Assembly (NCBI GenBank): GCA_902616075.1
Contig: CACMRK010000004.1
Location: 22,346 to 86,345, forward strand
Direction of reading: 5' to 3'
From: an uncultured Alphaproteobacteria bacterium
GTDB lineage: Bacteria; Pseudomonadota; Alphaproteobacteria; HIMB59; GCA-002718135
Length of the DNA: 64,000 nt
In this document: piece after piece, positions 56,253 through 64,000 of the stretch
Position numbering within the stretch: position 1 is the first letter of the stretch
Layout of the letters: each line of letters starts with the position of its first letter
Made by a program: the position numbers and the translations under genes
Notes under the pieces: generated by a model
What the model was told of the DNA's origin: nothing
The model's database searches: none
Seen by the model: only the letters and a program-made list of their open reading frames with translations

Positions 56253-57374
56253 ATGAGTAATTCAGGATTAAACATGTCTAGACGCATTAGGAGGACTCCC
56301 TATACCGAGAAAGTAATTGAGGCTGGTGTAAGTGGTTTTACTGTAGTTAATCATATGCTTCTTCCAAAATCATATAAAGCAACAGTTGAAGAAGATTATT
56401 GGCACTTATCTAAAAATACTCAAATTTGGGATGTTTCATGTCAACGACAGGTTCAAATAATAGGAGAAGATGCTACAGAATTAATACAACTCATGTCTCC
56501 AAGGTCAATAAAAGATATGCCTATTGGTAAATGTTACTATTATCCAATGATAGATGAAAATGCAGGGATGATAAATGATCCTGTACTTTTAAAATTAAGT
56601 GAAAATAAATATTGGCTATCAGTTGCAGATTCAGATGTCCTTCTTTGGTCAAAAGGATTGGCTGTAGGAAGAAATTTTAAAGTTGATATTATAGAGCCAG
56701 ATATTTATCCCTTAGCAATTCAAGGTCCAAAATCTGAAAAATTAATGTCATCAATATTTGGAGAAAAAATTAAAAAATTAAAATTCTTTCATTTTTCTTT
56801 TTTTGAATTTGAAGGAACAAAACAGATAATTGCAAGATCAGGATATAGCAAACAAGATGGTTTTGAGATTTACCTTAAAGGTTTTAGTTTAGGAAAAAAA
56901 CTTTGGGAAACTATTTGGGAAGCAGGAAAAGATTTTAATATTTCACCTGGATGTCCAAATTTAATTGATAGAATAGAAGGTGGTTTATTATCCTATGGTA
57001 ATGAATTTACTTTAGAAAATAATCCAATTGAATGTGGATTTGATAATTATTGTAACAATTTATCTCATGATTTCATTGGAAAAAATGCATTAAAAAAAAT
57101 ATTAAAAAATGGAATAGAAAAAAAAATAAAAGGAATTACTTTTGATGGGTCCCCGACTCCTTCGTGTACAATACCTTTTCCTGTATACTCAAAAAATAGA
57201 TTTCAAATTGGTAATATCACCTCTGGTATTTATTCACCATTTTTAAAAACCAATATTGGGCTATCAATGGTTGATAGAGACTATTGGAATGATGGGCAGG
57301 ATGTTATCGTATTAACACCAGACAACATTGAGAGAAAAGGTAAAGTGTGCTCACTACCTTTTAATTATTCTTAA
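56253..57374 (+). CDS. dmdA: DMSP demethylase-like GcvT-family protein (DmdA-like)
   Basis: Start set at ATG 56253 (MSNSGLNMSRRIRRTPYT), 1 nt after the previous stop. DmdA-like blocks from my recollection of SAR11 DmdA are NHMLLP, EEDYWHL, QIWDVSCQRQVQIIG, GKCYYYPMIDENAGMINDPVLLKL, ARSGYSKQDGFEIY and PGCPNLIDRIEGGLLSYGNEF. Confidence 0.65.
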   Translation: MSNSGLNMSRRIRRTPYTEKVIEAGVSGFTVVNHMLLPKSYKATVEEDYWHLSKNTQIWDVSCQRQVQIIGEDATELIQLMSPRSIKDMPIGKCYYYPMIDENAGMINDPVLLKLSENKYWLSVADSDVLLWSKGLAVGRNFKVDIIEPDIYPLAIQGPKSEKLMSSIFGEKIKKLKFFHFSFFEFEGTKQIIARSGYSKQDGFEIYLKGFSLGKKLWETIWEAGKDFNISPGCPNLIDRIEGGLLSYGNEFTLENNPIECGFDNYCNNLSHDFIGKNALKKILKNGIEKKIKGITFDGSPTPSCTIPFPVYSKNRFQIGNITSGIYSPFLKTNIGLSMVDRDYWNDGQDVIVLTPDNIERKGKVCSLPFNYS

Positions 57375-57375
57375 A

Positions 57376-57822
57376 ATGAGTCATTCAATCGAATTAAAGT
57401 GGGAATTAGGAGATCAAAAACTCGAATTTGGAAAATACTTAACTGATCACACAGTAATGCTTAATGAAAATGTATCTATTGATGCAGGATCATCTCCAGA
57501 TTATGGAGGAAGCGAAACTAATATTAATCCAGAGCAAAAACTAGCTGCAGCTGTAAGTAGTTGTTTTATGATGACGTTTTTAGCTTTAGCTGCAAAAATG
57601 AAATGGCCAGTTATTAATTACAAAGATAAAGCAATTTCGTATTTAGGAAAAAATGCAGAGGGGAGAATGTACGTTAACAAAATAGAGCTAAATCCAGCTA
57701 TAGTATTTGAAGATAATTTTAATATTTCTGATGAAGAAATGAAAAAGATGAAAGAGAGATCACATAAGTATTGTTTTATAGCTAATTCACTATCCAAAGA
57801 TGTTGAAATTCAAATCAATTAA
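57376..57822 (+). CDS. OsmC/Ohr family protein
   Basis: Start set at ATG 57376 (MSHSIELKW). OsmC-fold pattern with two Cys (AAVSSCFMMTF, HKYCFIANS). Confidence 0.7.
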   Translation: MSHSIELKWELGDQKLEFGKYLTDHTVMLNENVSIDAGSSPDYGGSETNINPEQKLAAAVSSCFMMTFLALAAKMKWPVINYKDKAISYLGKNAEGRMYVNKIELNPAIVFEDNFNISDEEMKKMKERSHKYCFIANSLSKDVEIQIN

Positions 57823-58614
57823 ATGAATTTTAATCTAATATTAAACGAAAAAAATAATAATATTTTTAATATTATTCTTAATGACCAGAGAAACCAAAAT
57901 ACTTTAAGCGAAAACATGATCAATGAATTAACATCAGCACTAGACATCGCTGATAAAGATAATGATGTAAAAGTAATTATTTTATCATCAAACGGTAATA
58001 TTTTTTGTGCAGGACATAATTTAAAAGATTTAAATTCACAAAGATTGCAAAATGACAAAGGTGAAAGCTATTTTAAAAAAATATTTCAAATGTGCTCTCA
58101 ACTTATGCTGAAAATTAATAAAAATAATAAACCAGTTATAGCTATGGTTGATGGTATTGCTACTGCAGCAGGCTGTCAGTTAATTTCTAGCTGTGATTTA
58201 GCTTACTCAAGTAACAGAGCAAAATACGCAACCCCTGGTGTTAATATTGGATTATTTTGTTCTACACCAATGGTTCCATTATCAAGAACTGTAGGGAAAA
58301 AGCAAGCAATGGAAATGCTTCTCACTGGAGATCTTATAGATGCAAATAAAGCATTAAGGATTGGTTTAATAAATGATGTCTTTGAAGAAGATAGTTTAAA
58401 AGAAAATGTATTTCAAATTGCTAAAAAAATATCATCTAAATCTTCTAATACTATTAAAATTGGTAAAGAAGCTTTTTACAAACAAAAAGATATGAATTTA
58501 GAAGATGCATATACTTTTACTTCAAATGTAATGACGGAAAATATGCTAAATGATGATTCCAAGGAAGGTATTGAAGCTTTTTTAGAAAAAAGAGAGCCAA
58601 ACTGGAAAGAATAA
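57823..58614 (+). CDS. enoyl-CoA hydratase/isomerase (crotonase) family protein, ECHDC3-like
   Basis: Crotonase motifs (FCAGHNLKDL, VIAMVDGIATAAGCQL, EGIEAFLEKREPNW). It has 0 nt spacing to the OsmC-like gene. Confidence 0.8.
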   Translation: MNFNLILNEKNNNIFNIILNDQRNQNTLSENMINELTSALDIADKDNDVKVIILSSNGNIFCAGHNLKDLNSQRLQNDKGESYFKKIFQMCSQLMLKINKNNKPVIAMVDGIATAAGCQLISSCDLAYSSNRAKYATPGVNIGLFCSTPMVPLSRTVGKKQAMEMLLTGDLIDANKALRIGLINDVFEEDSLKENVFQIAKKISSKSSNTIKIGKEAFYKQKDMNLEDAYTFTSNVMTENMLNDDSKEGIEAFLEKREPNWKE

Positions 58615-58621
58615 TTACTTC

Positions 58622-60094
58622 TTAAAATGGGTTTGGTTGTGATGGATTGGTTGCTAACCATGTAGATTTAGTTTGCATGTAACTTTGCATTCCCTCCCAT
58701 CCATTTTCACGACCGTATCCTGATTGCTTAAAACCTCCAACTGGAGATTGAGTAGAAGCATTAAAATAATTATTTATATAAACAGTTCCAGCCTCTATCT
58801 TATCTGCTAAACGTATAGCTTTATTAGTATCCTTAGTCCAAATACCTGCCGCAAGTCCATAAATAGTATCGTTTGCAATTTTAATTACTTCATCTTCATT
58901 ATCCCAAGATTGTATTGAGGCGACAGGTCCAAATACTTCATTTTGAGCTAAATCATCTTCATTTGGAACATTATCAAAAATAGTTGGTCCAATATAGTAC
59001 CCTTCAGATTTTTGTTCTTTTCTTCCATCAATTAATAATTTTAAACCTCTTTTTTCAGCCGCTTCTATCTTAGATAAAATAAAATCATATTGCTCTTTAT
59101 TTGCTATAGGTCCTATTTGTGTTGCAACATCATTTGGGTGACCAACTTTAGCCTTTTTAACAACTTCTAATAAATTATGAGTAAATTTATCTTTTATATC
59201 TTTATGCACTAGTATCCTTGATCCTGAAATACAACTATGGCCTGAAACTGGAAATATACCTGAAACAACTCCATTTACTGATAAAGTTAAATCAGCATCT
59301 TTAAATATAATTTGTGGTGATTTACCCCCTAACTCCATAATAATAGGTTTAACATTTTTTGATGCACTTAAACTTGCTGCACTCCCCCCTTTTGTTCCAC
59401 CTGTAAAACTTATCATTCTAACATCTTGGTGTTCAATAAGAGGTGCTCCGGTTGTAGGACCAAAACCAGTAACAACATTAATCAAACCTTCTGGAAGATC
59501 CGCTTCTTCTAAAATTTTCATTAACTCTAATGTAGAGCATGATGCTCTTTCTGAAGGTTTAATTACAACAGTATTACCTGCTGCTATTGCCGGTGCTAAT
59601 TTCCAGATTAATGTTCCAATTGGTGAGTTCCAAGGTAGAATGAGTGCAACAACTCCAAATGGTTCCCATTTTAAATAATTATGCATATTTGGAACTTCGG
59701 AAGGTATCAGTCTACCTTCATACTTGTCACACATGCCTGCATAATAATAAAAACTCTCAGTCTGCCAGCTGGTTAAAGAAGGAGTGATATTTTTTGGAAG
59801 TTTGCCGTTATCTTTAGTTTCTATTTGCCCAATACGTTCTGCATTTTTAGCAATAATATCTCCAATTCTAGTTAACGTTCTCCCTCTTTCTGCTGGATGC
59901 ATTTTACCATAAGGACCATCATAATAAGCCTGTTTAGCAGATGATACCGCGAGATTAATATCTTTTTCATTACAATCAGGAACCTTTGCCCATACTTTAC
60001 CTATAGATGGATCCTCACTTTCAAAATATTTTTCAGAAGAAGGGTCATGCCATTTATTTCCTGCATAAAATTTGTAGGTTTGAGTTTCAGACAT
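58622..60094 (-). CDS. NAD(P)-dependent aldehyde dehydrogenase (betaine-aldehyde dehydrogenase-like)
   Basis: ALDH motifs ELGGKSP, FTGGTKGG, a catalytic Cys context (GHSCISGSRILV) and EVFGPV. Confidence 0.88.
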   Translation of the reverse strand: MSETQTYKFYAGNKWHDPSSEKYFESEDPSIGKVWAKVPDCNEKDINLAVSSAKQAYYDGPYGKMHPAERGRTLTRIGDIIAKNAERIGQIETKDNGKLPKNITPSLTSWQTESFYYYAGMCDKYEGRLIPSEVPNMHNYLKWEPFGVVALILPWNSPIGTLIWKLAPAIAAGNTVVIKPSERASCSTLELMKILEEADLPEGLINVVTGFGPTTGAPLIEHQDVRMISFTGGTKGGSAASLSASKNVKPIIMELGGKSPQIIFKDADLTLSVNGVVSGIFPVSGHSCISGSRILVHKDIKDKFTHNLLEVVKKAKVGHPNDVATQIGPIANKEQYDFILSKIEAAEKRGLKLLIDGRKEQKSEGYYIGPTIFDNVPNEDDLAQNEVFGPVASIQSWDNEDEVIKIANDTIYGLAAGIWTKDTNKAIRLADKIEAGTVYINNYFNASTQSPVGGFKQSGYGRENGWEGMQSYMQTKSTWLATNPSQPNPF

Positions 60095-60143
60095 AATTTA
60101 TTTAAACTTAAATATTTTCATTGGTCAACTTATTTGTGATTAA

Positions 60144-61781
60144 TTAATTTTTTAATATCAAATCTGATGCTTTTTCTGCTAACATAATTACAGATGCATT
60201 TATATTTCCACTTATCATATCTGGAAAAGAAGAAGCATCTACTACTCTCAGATTGTCTATTCCTCTAACTTTAAGCTGATTATCAAGTACAGCCATTTTG
60301 TTATTACTTGAACCCATTGCGCAAGTAGATGCAGGATGATGACCTGTTTGTACATGATTTCTAACTGACTCTTTTAAATCTTGGTCACTTTTGATTTTTT
60401 TTCCTGGAAGTAATTCTTCCGAAACAATTTTAGCTAAACTGGGTTTTGACAATACTTCTCTTGTATGCTTCATCCCTTCTATCATATCTTCCATATCAGA
60501 TGGATCGATGAACCAATTTGGATTTATATTAAGTTCATCATTTGGATTTGAGCTTTTAAGTTTTACACTTCCTGTGCTCTTTGGTCTTAGTAAATTAATT
60601 TGAAAGTGTAATCCTGGAAAAGCTTTTTTACCTCTAGAAAAAAATAATGAACCAAAATTTAATAAATTGTCTAAACTCATAGACCAATTATCTTTTTCTT
60701 CTTTAAAACACATAGGTGTCATGAATACTTGTATTTCAGGCATATCTTTTTCTCTTATTGCATGAAATAGATTTGTTGACCAAAAAGGAGCTGCGGCTAA
60801 TCCCTGTTTAAATAAAATATATTTTAATCCCACAATAATAGCTCTATCGATCCTTTGATATTTAGAGAAACTTAAATTGTTATTTTGAAAAGCCCAATTC
60901 ATTGGCATAACAGGATGATCGTGAAGGTTTTCACCTACTCCAGGTAATTTAATTAATAATTCTATATTTTTTTCTTTTAAATGTGACTCTGGACCAATTC
61001 CTGACAACATTAAGCATTTGGGACTACCGAATGCCCCTAAAGATAATATTACCTCTGATGATGCATAAACTTCACCATTTGATAAAAGCAATCCTTTAGC
61101 TTTATTTTTCTCAATTAAAATTTTTATTACAGATGTATTTTTATAAATTGTTAAGTTGTTAGGTTTAAATTTCAAATAAGCTTCTGCAGATGATTGTCTT
61201 TTTCCATTCCATACTTTAACATCATATCGGCCTACTCCATTTAGATTGCCATTATAAAAATCATCATTAATTTCTGCCCCAGCCTCAACACATGCATCAA
61301 TAAATGCTTTATCGATAGAATTGTAGTTACCAGCTGGTGTAAGTTTTAAAGGACCTGAATGTGAGTGAAATTCATTTTTTTCTCTATGAAAAGCTGAAGC
61401 AGATCTTTTGAAATATGGTAATACATCATTATATGACCAACCCTCTAAGCCCTTTTGTCTCCACCTATTAAAATCACCTGGAGCACCTCTCATGTAAATC
61501 ATACCATTTAAAAGAGAAGATCCTCCTAGTCCTTTACCTCTAGGATATAAAATTTTTCTGTTATTTAAAGAAGGTTGAGGTATTGACTCAAAACCCCAAT
61601 CAAATTTAGGGTTTCCAAAAATGTATCCGTTACCACCAGGCATTTGAGTGAATAAACTTTTTCCTGACCCCCCTGCTTCTATTAGTAATACCTTTATATC
61701 TTTATTTTCAGATAATCTTGAGGCTAAAGTACAGCCAGCAGAACCTCCGCCTGCAATTATATAGTCAAATGTTTTTTTCAT
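60144..61781 (-). CDS. GMC family oxidoreductase (choline dehydrogenase-like), copy 2
   Basis: DYIIAGGGSAGCTLASRLS, GGSSLLNGM, HHPASTCAMG and VVDASSFP. Directly upstream (same strand) of the ALDH gene, in a betA-betB-like arrangement. Confidence 0.85.
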   Translation of the reverse strand: MKKTFDYIIAGGGSAGCTLASRLSENKDIKVLLIEAGGSGKSLFTQMPGGNGYIFGNPKFDWGFESIPQPSLNNRKILYPRGKGLGGSSLLNGMIYMRGAPGDFNRWRQKGLEGWSYNDVLPYFKRSASAFHREKNEFHSHSGPLKLTPAGNYNSIDKAFIDACVEAGAEINDDFYNGNLNGVGRYDVKVWNGKRQSSAEAYLKFKPNNLTIYKNTSVIKILIEKNKAKGLLLSNGEVYASSEVILSLGAFGSPKCLMLSGIGPESHLKEKNIELLIKLPGVGENLHDHPVMPMNWAFQNNNLSFSKYQRIDRAIIVGLKYILFKQGLAAAPFWSTNLFHAIREKDMPEIQVFMTPMCFKEEKDNWSMSLDNLLNFGSLFFSRGKKAFPGLHFQINLLRPKSTGSVKLKSSNPNDELNINPNWFIDPSDMEDMIEGMKHTREVLSKPSLAKIVSEELLPGKKIKSDQDLKESVRNHVQTGHHPASTCAMGSSNNKMAVLDNQLKVRGIDNLRVVDASSFPDMISGNINASVIMLAEKASDLILKN

Positions 61782-61840
61782 TTTTAAAAATATAAATTAT
61801 ACTAATTATTAATTTATAAGTAAACTCGAGTATATTAAAT

Positions 61841-62659
61841 ATGAAAAATTACGAAGATTGGATTGGAAAGAAAATTTCAAGAAGTGAGATTATTACTCCT
61901 CGATTAGTTGATCATTTAAAAAAAACAATCGATCAAAAATGTTTAAGTGATCAAACTGTACCTGAGGGAATTTTTTTATGCTTATGCGCAGATGTAGCTT
62001 CGATAAATGATCTAGATAAAGATGGAAATACAAAATTAGGAATTTTCTTACCTGAGTTACCTTATAAAATTAGAATGTGGGCTGGTGGTAAAATAAAAAT
62101 ATTTGATGAATTTGAAATTGGATCTGAAATTAAAAAAAATTCAACAATTTCAAGTATTGAATTTAAAGAAGGTAGATCAGGCAAACTATGTTTTGTTAAT
62201 ATTAATAATGAATATTTAAATAAAAATAAATTAATAATATCAGAAATTCAAACTGCTGTTTATAGAGAAAAAATAAATAAAAACTCCATTACTCCTAAAA
62301 TAAAAGATGAACTAAAATTAATTGATAAAGTAGAAATTTTTAGTTCATCAACTTTGCTATTCAGATATTCTGCTTTAACTTTTAATGGACATAAGATTCA
62401 TTATGATAATGATTATACAAAAAATTATGAGGGCCATATGGGATTATTAGTCCATGCGCCTCTTCAAGCAACTTATCTTTTAAATCTTGCAAGAAAAAAT
62501 GAGATTGAGTTCAATTCTTTTGAATATAAAGCTACAGCTCCTCTTGTATATAACCATAATTTTTTTATAGAAATTGGTGAAAATCAAGATGATGAAATTA
62601 TTGGAAGGATTCTTAATGAAAAAAAAGAAATTACAATGATTGCAAAATATAAAAAATGA
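61841..62659 (+). CDS. MaoC-N/FAS1-like dehydratase family protein (HTD2 / mesaconyl-C4-CoA hydratase-like)
   Basis: The LFRYSALTFNGHKIHYD...EG..GLLVHAPL motif is characteristic, by my recollection, of the HTD2/Meh hydratase family; 272 aa. Confidence 0.55.
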   Translation: MKNYEDWIGKKISRSEIITPRLVDHLKKTIDQKCLSDQTVPEGIFLCLCADVASINDLDKDGNTKLGIFLPELPYKIRMWAGGKIKIFDEFEIGSEIKKNSTISSIEFKEGRSGKLCFVNINNEYLNKNKLIISEIQTAVYREKINKNSITPKIKDELKLIDKVEIFSSSTLLFRYSALTFNGHKIHYDNDYTKNYEGHMGLLVHAPLQATYLLNLARKNEIEFNSFEYKATAPLVYNHNFFIEIGENQDDEIIGRILNEKKEITMIAKYKK

Positions 62660-63981
62660 GTTTTCATAAAAAATTTTGTAATTGGGCATCACAAAAAAAA
62701 ATTAATATCAATAAGGTAACTTATAAAAGAGCAGAAAATGCATTCATAGATACCCTAGCTTGTATATTATCAGGTGTTAAAGAAAAACAATCAAAGGTTG
62801 CTTTAAAATATTGTTTAGAAAATAATAATTCAGGAAAAATTATGGTTTTTGGAGGAGGAAAAAAATTATCTATTTCTGCAGCGTGTTTTTTACATGGTGT
62901 CAGATCAGCATCTATAGACTTTGATGATTACGAATACGTTGCAGGATCTCATCCTAGTGCGCCAATTTTTTCAGCCCTTATATCTATTGCTCAAATGAAA
63001 AACATCTCAATTGAGGAAATATATCAGGGGTGGTCAGTAGGATATGAATTAATAATAAAATTAGGACAAGCACTTAGCTATGATCATTATTATAAAGGAT
63101 GGCATTCAGCAAATACAATAGGCGTGATTGGAACTGCTGCAGCAGTATCTAAAGTGTTAAAATTAAATGCAGATCAAATGGCAAATGCAATTTCTATTGC
63201 AACAAGTTTTTCATCTGGATTAAAAGAGCAATTCGGCACAGATATAAAAGCTTTTCATATAGGGTTTGCTTCTCAAGCAGGGGTACAGTCAGCCTTACTT
63301 GCAAAAAATGGAGGGACAGCTAATCAAGATATTTGGAATATTGAGAGAGGATTTATTGAATTATATGGTAGTAAATTTTCTAAAAAATTAAATAATAATT
63401 TTAAAAGATCAGATTTAGGAAATGCAATAATTAAATTTCCAAATTTCATTAAGTTTTGGCCAGTTTGTAGTTATTCACAAAGAGTAATACAAGGAGGATT
63501 AATTTTAAATAAAAAAATTTTTATAAAAAAAAATATTAAATCTATTTCAATTGAGTTTCCAGAACCTTGGTCCAGAGTATCAAAATTTCATATACCTAAA
63601 AATTCCACTGAAGCTAGATTTTCATTGAGTTATTGTTTAGCAACTGCTCTCATTAATGGTAAATTTGATTTAAGTAGTTTAAATATTTCCAAAAATAAAA
63701 AAAGTTTAAATTTGGTTAAAAAAATTAAACTACTCAAGTACAAAGTGCCAAATAATTTTGAAGATTATGACCCTAAGTATCCTGACATAATTAAAGTAAT
63801 AATGAATGATGGAAGTATATTGATTGAAAAAATATCACATATTAAAGGAGGAAAAAATAACCCTTTAAAAGATGAAGATATTGATAATAAATTTTTAATG
63901 TGTGGAGGTAAAAAAAATATTTTAAATAAAATAAGAAATCAAAAATATAAGAAGAAAAATTTAAAAGAAATAATTTTTTAA
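62656..63981 (+). CDS. MmgE/PrpD family protein
   Basis: PrpD-family N-terminal pattern (AFIDTLACILSGV, HGVRSASIDFDD, SHPSAPIFSAL, GWHSANTIGVIGTAAA). Its ATG overlaps the previous stop (ATGA). Confidence 0.8.
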   Translation: MSFHKKFCNWASQKKININKVTYKRAENAFIDTLACILSGVKEKQSKVALKYCLENNNSGKIMVFGGGKKLSISAACFLHGVRSASIDFDDYEYVAGSHPSAPIFSALISIAQMKNISIEEIYQGWSVGYELIIKLGQALSYDHYYKGWHSANTIGVIGTAAAVSKVLKLNADQMANAISIATSFSSGLKEQFGTDIKAFHIGFASQAGVQSALLAKNGGTANQDIWNIERGFIELYGSKFSKKLNNNFKRSDLGNAIIKFPNFIKFWPVCSYSQRVIQGGLILNKKIFIKKNIKSISIEFPEPWSRVSKFHIPKNSTEARFSLSYCLATALINGKFDLSSLNISKNKKSLNLVKKIKLLKYKVPNNFEDYDPKYPDIIKVIMNDGSILIEKISHIKGGKNNPLKDEDIDNKFLMCGGKKNILNKIRNQKYKKKNLKEIIF

Positions 63982-64000
63982 TTTAGCTATTTTTTCTTTC

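Noticed and set aside
1-64000. Searched by eye for CRISPR arrays, IS/transposase or integrase genes, phage genes, toxin-antitoxin pairs, rRNA operons and long tandem repeats.
   Set aside because: None found. All sizeable ORFs have metabolic, transport or housekeeping assignments, and the only spacers of 200 nt or more are recA-dksA (about 214 nt), the permease-SBP control region (about 201 nt) and the 42.4-kb gap (308 nt), which contains the mini-ORF.

Overview
The window is a very AT-rich, extremely gene-dense alphaproteobacterial chromosome segment. Many stop/start overlaps, several zero-gap convergent gene ends, and the gene content and style fit Pelagibacterales (SAR11). This taxon call is my inference from composition and gene content, not a database hit. 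I support 63 protein-coding genes, one tRNA-Leu(UAA) and a handful of hairpins and candidate operators. I found no rRNA, CRISPR array, IS element or prophage.

Layout:
- 1-28.5 kb: ordinary housekeeping genes. These are guaA, rlmE, an MFP+RND efflux pair, a LOG-family gene, icd, alaS, recA, dksA, moaA, nadK, map, purB, bolA-grxD, rpsD, cimA, gltX, nadE, a class II DAHP synthase, glmU, an orphan ParA-like ATPase and tsaC.
- 28.5-37 kb: a polyamine island with a puuB-like/puuA-like divergent pair, potDABC and aguAB.
- 37-41 kb: an L-carnitine to glycine betaine module (thioesterase, BKACE, carnitine dehydrogenase), flanked by a PhnZ/TmpB-like HD-domain protein and an enone-reductase-like gene.
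- 41-64 kb: the accessory part worth attention. It holds a ScfR/RamB-type regulator with mirrored tandem TTTGTAAA repeats, an unannotated 59-codon gene, and a Dpp-type ABC importer operon. That operon is fused to GMC and SDR oxidoreductases and a single-CBS mini-protein, and it is divergent from a Tat-signal substrate-binding protein. Downstream lies a tightly coupled plus-strand operon of BHMT-like, LigM-like GcvT, FMN 2-hydroxyacid oxidase-like, ThDP enzyme, atypical transthyretin-like, DmdA-like, OsmC-like and crotonase genes. Next come a convergent ALDH + GMC pair and a Meh/HTD2-type hydratase + MmgE/PrpD pair.

I read the 42.4-60 kb block as a candidate, uncharacterised uptake and catabolic system for a methylated (sulfonium or quaternary ammonium) hydroxy-acid osmolyte. 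This reading is inference only.
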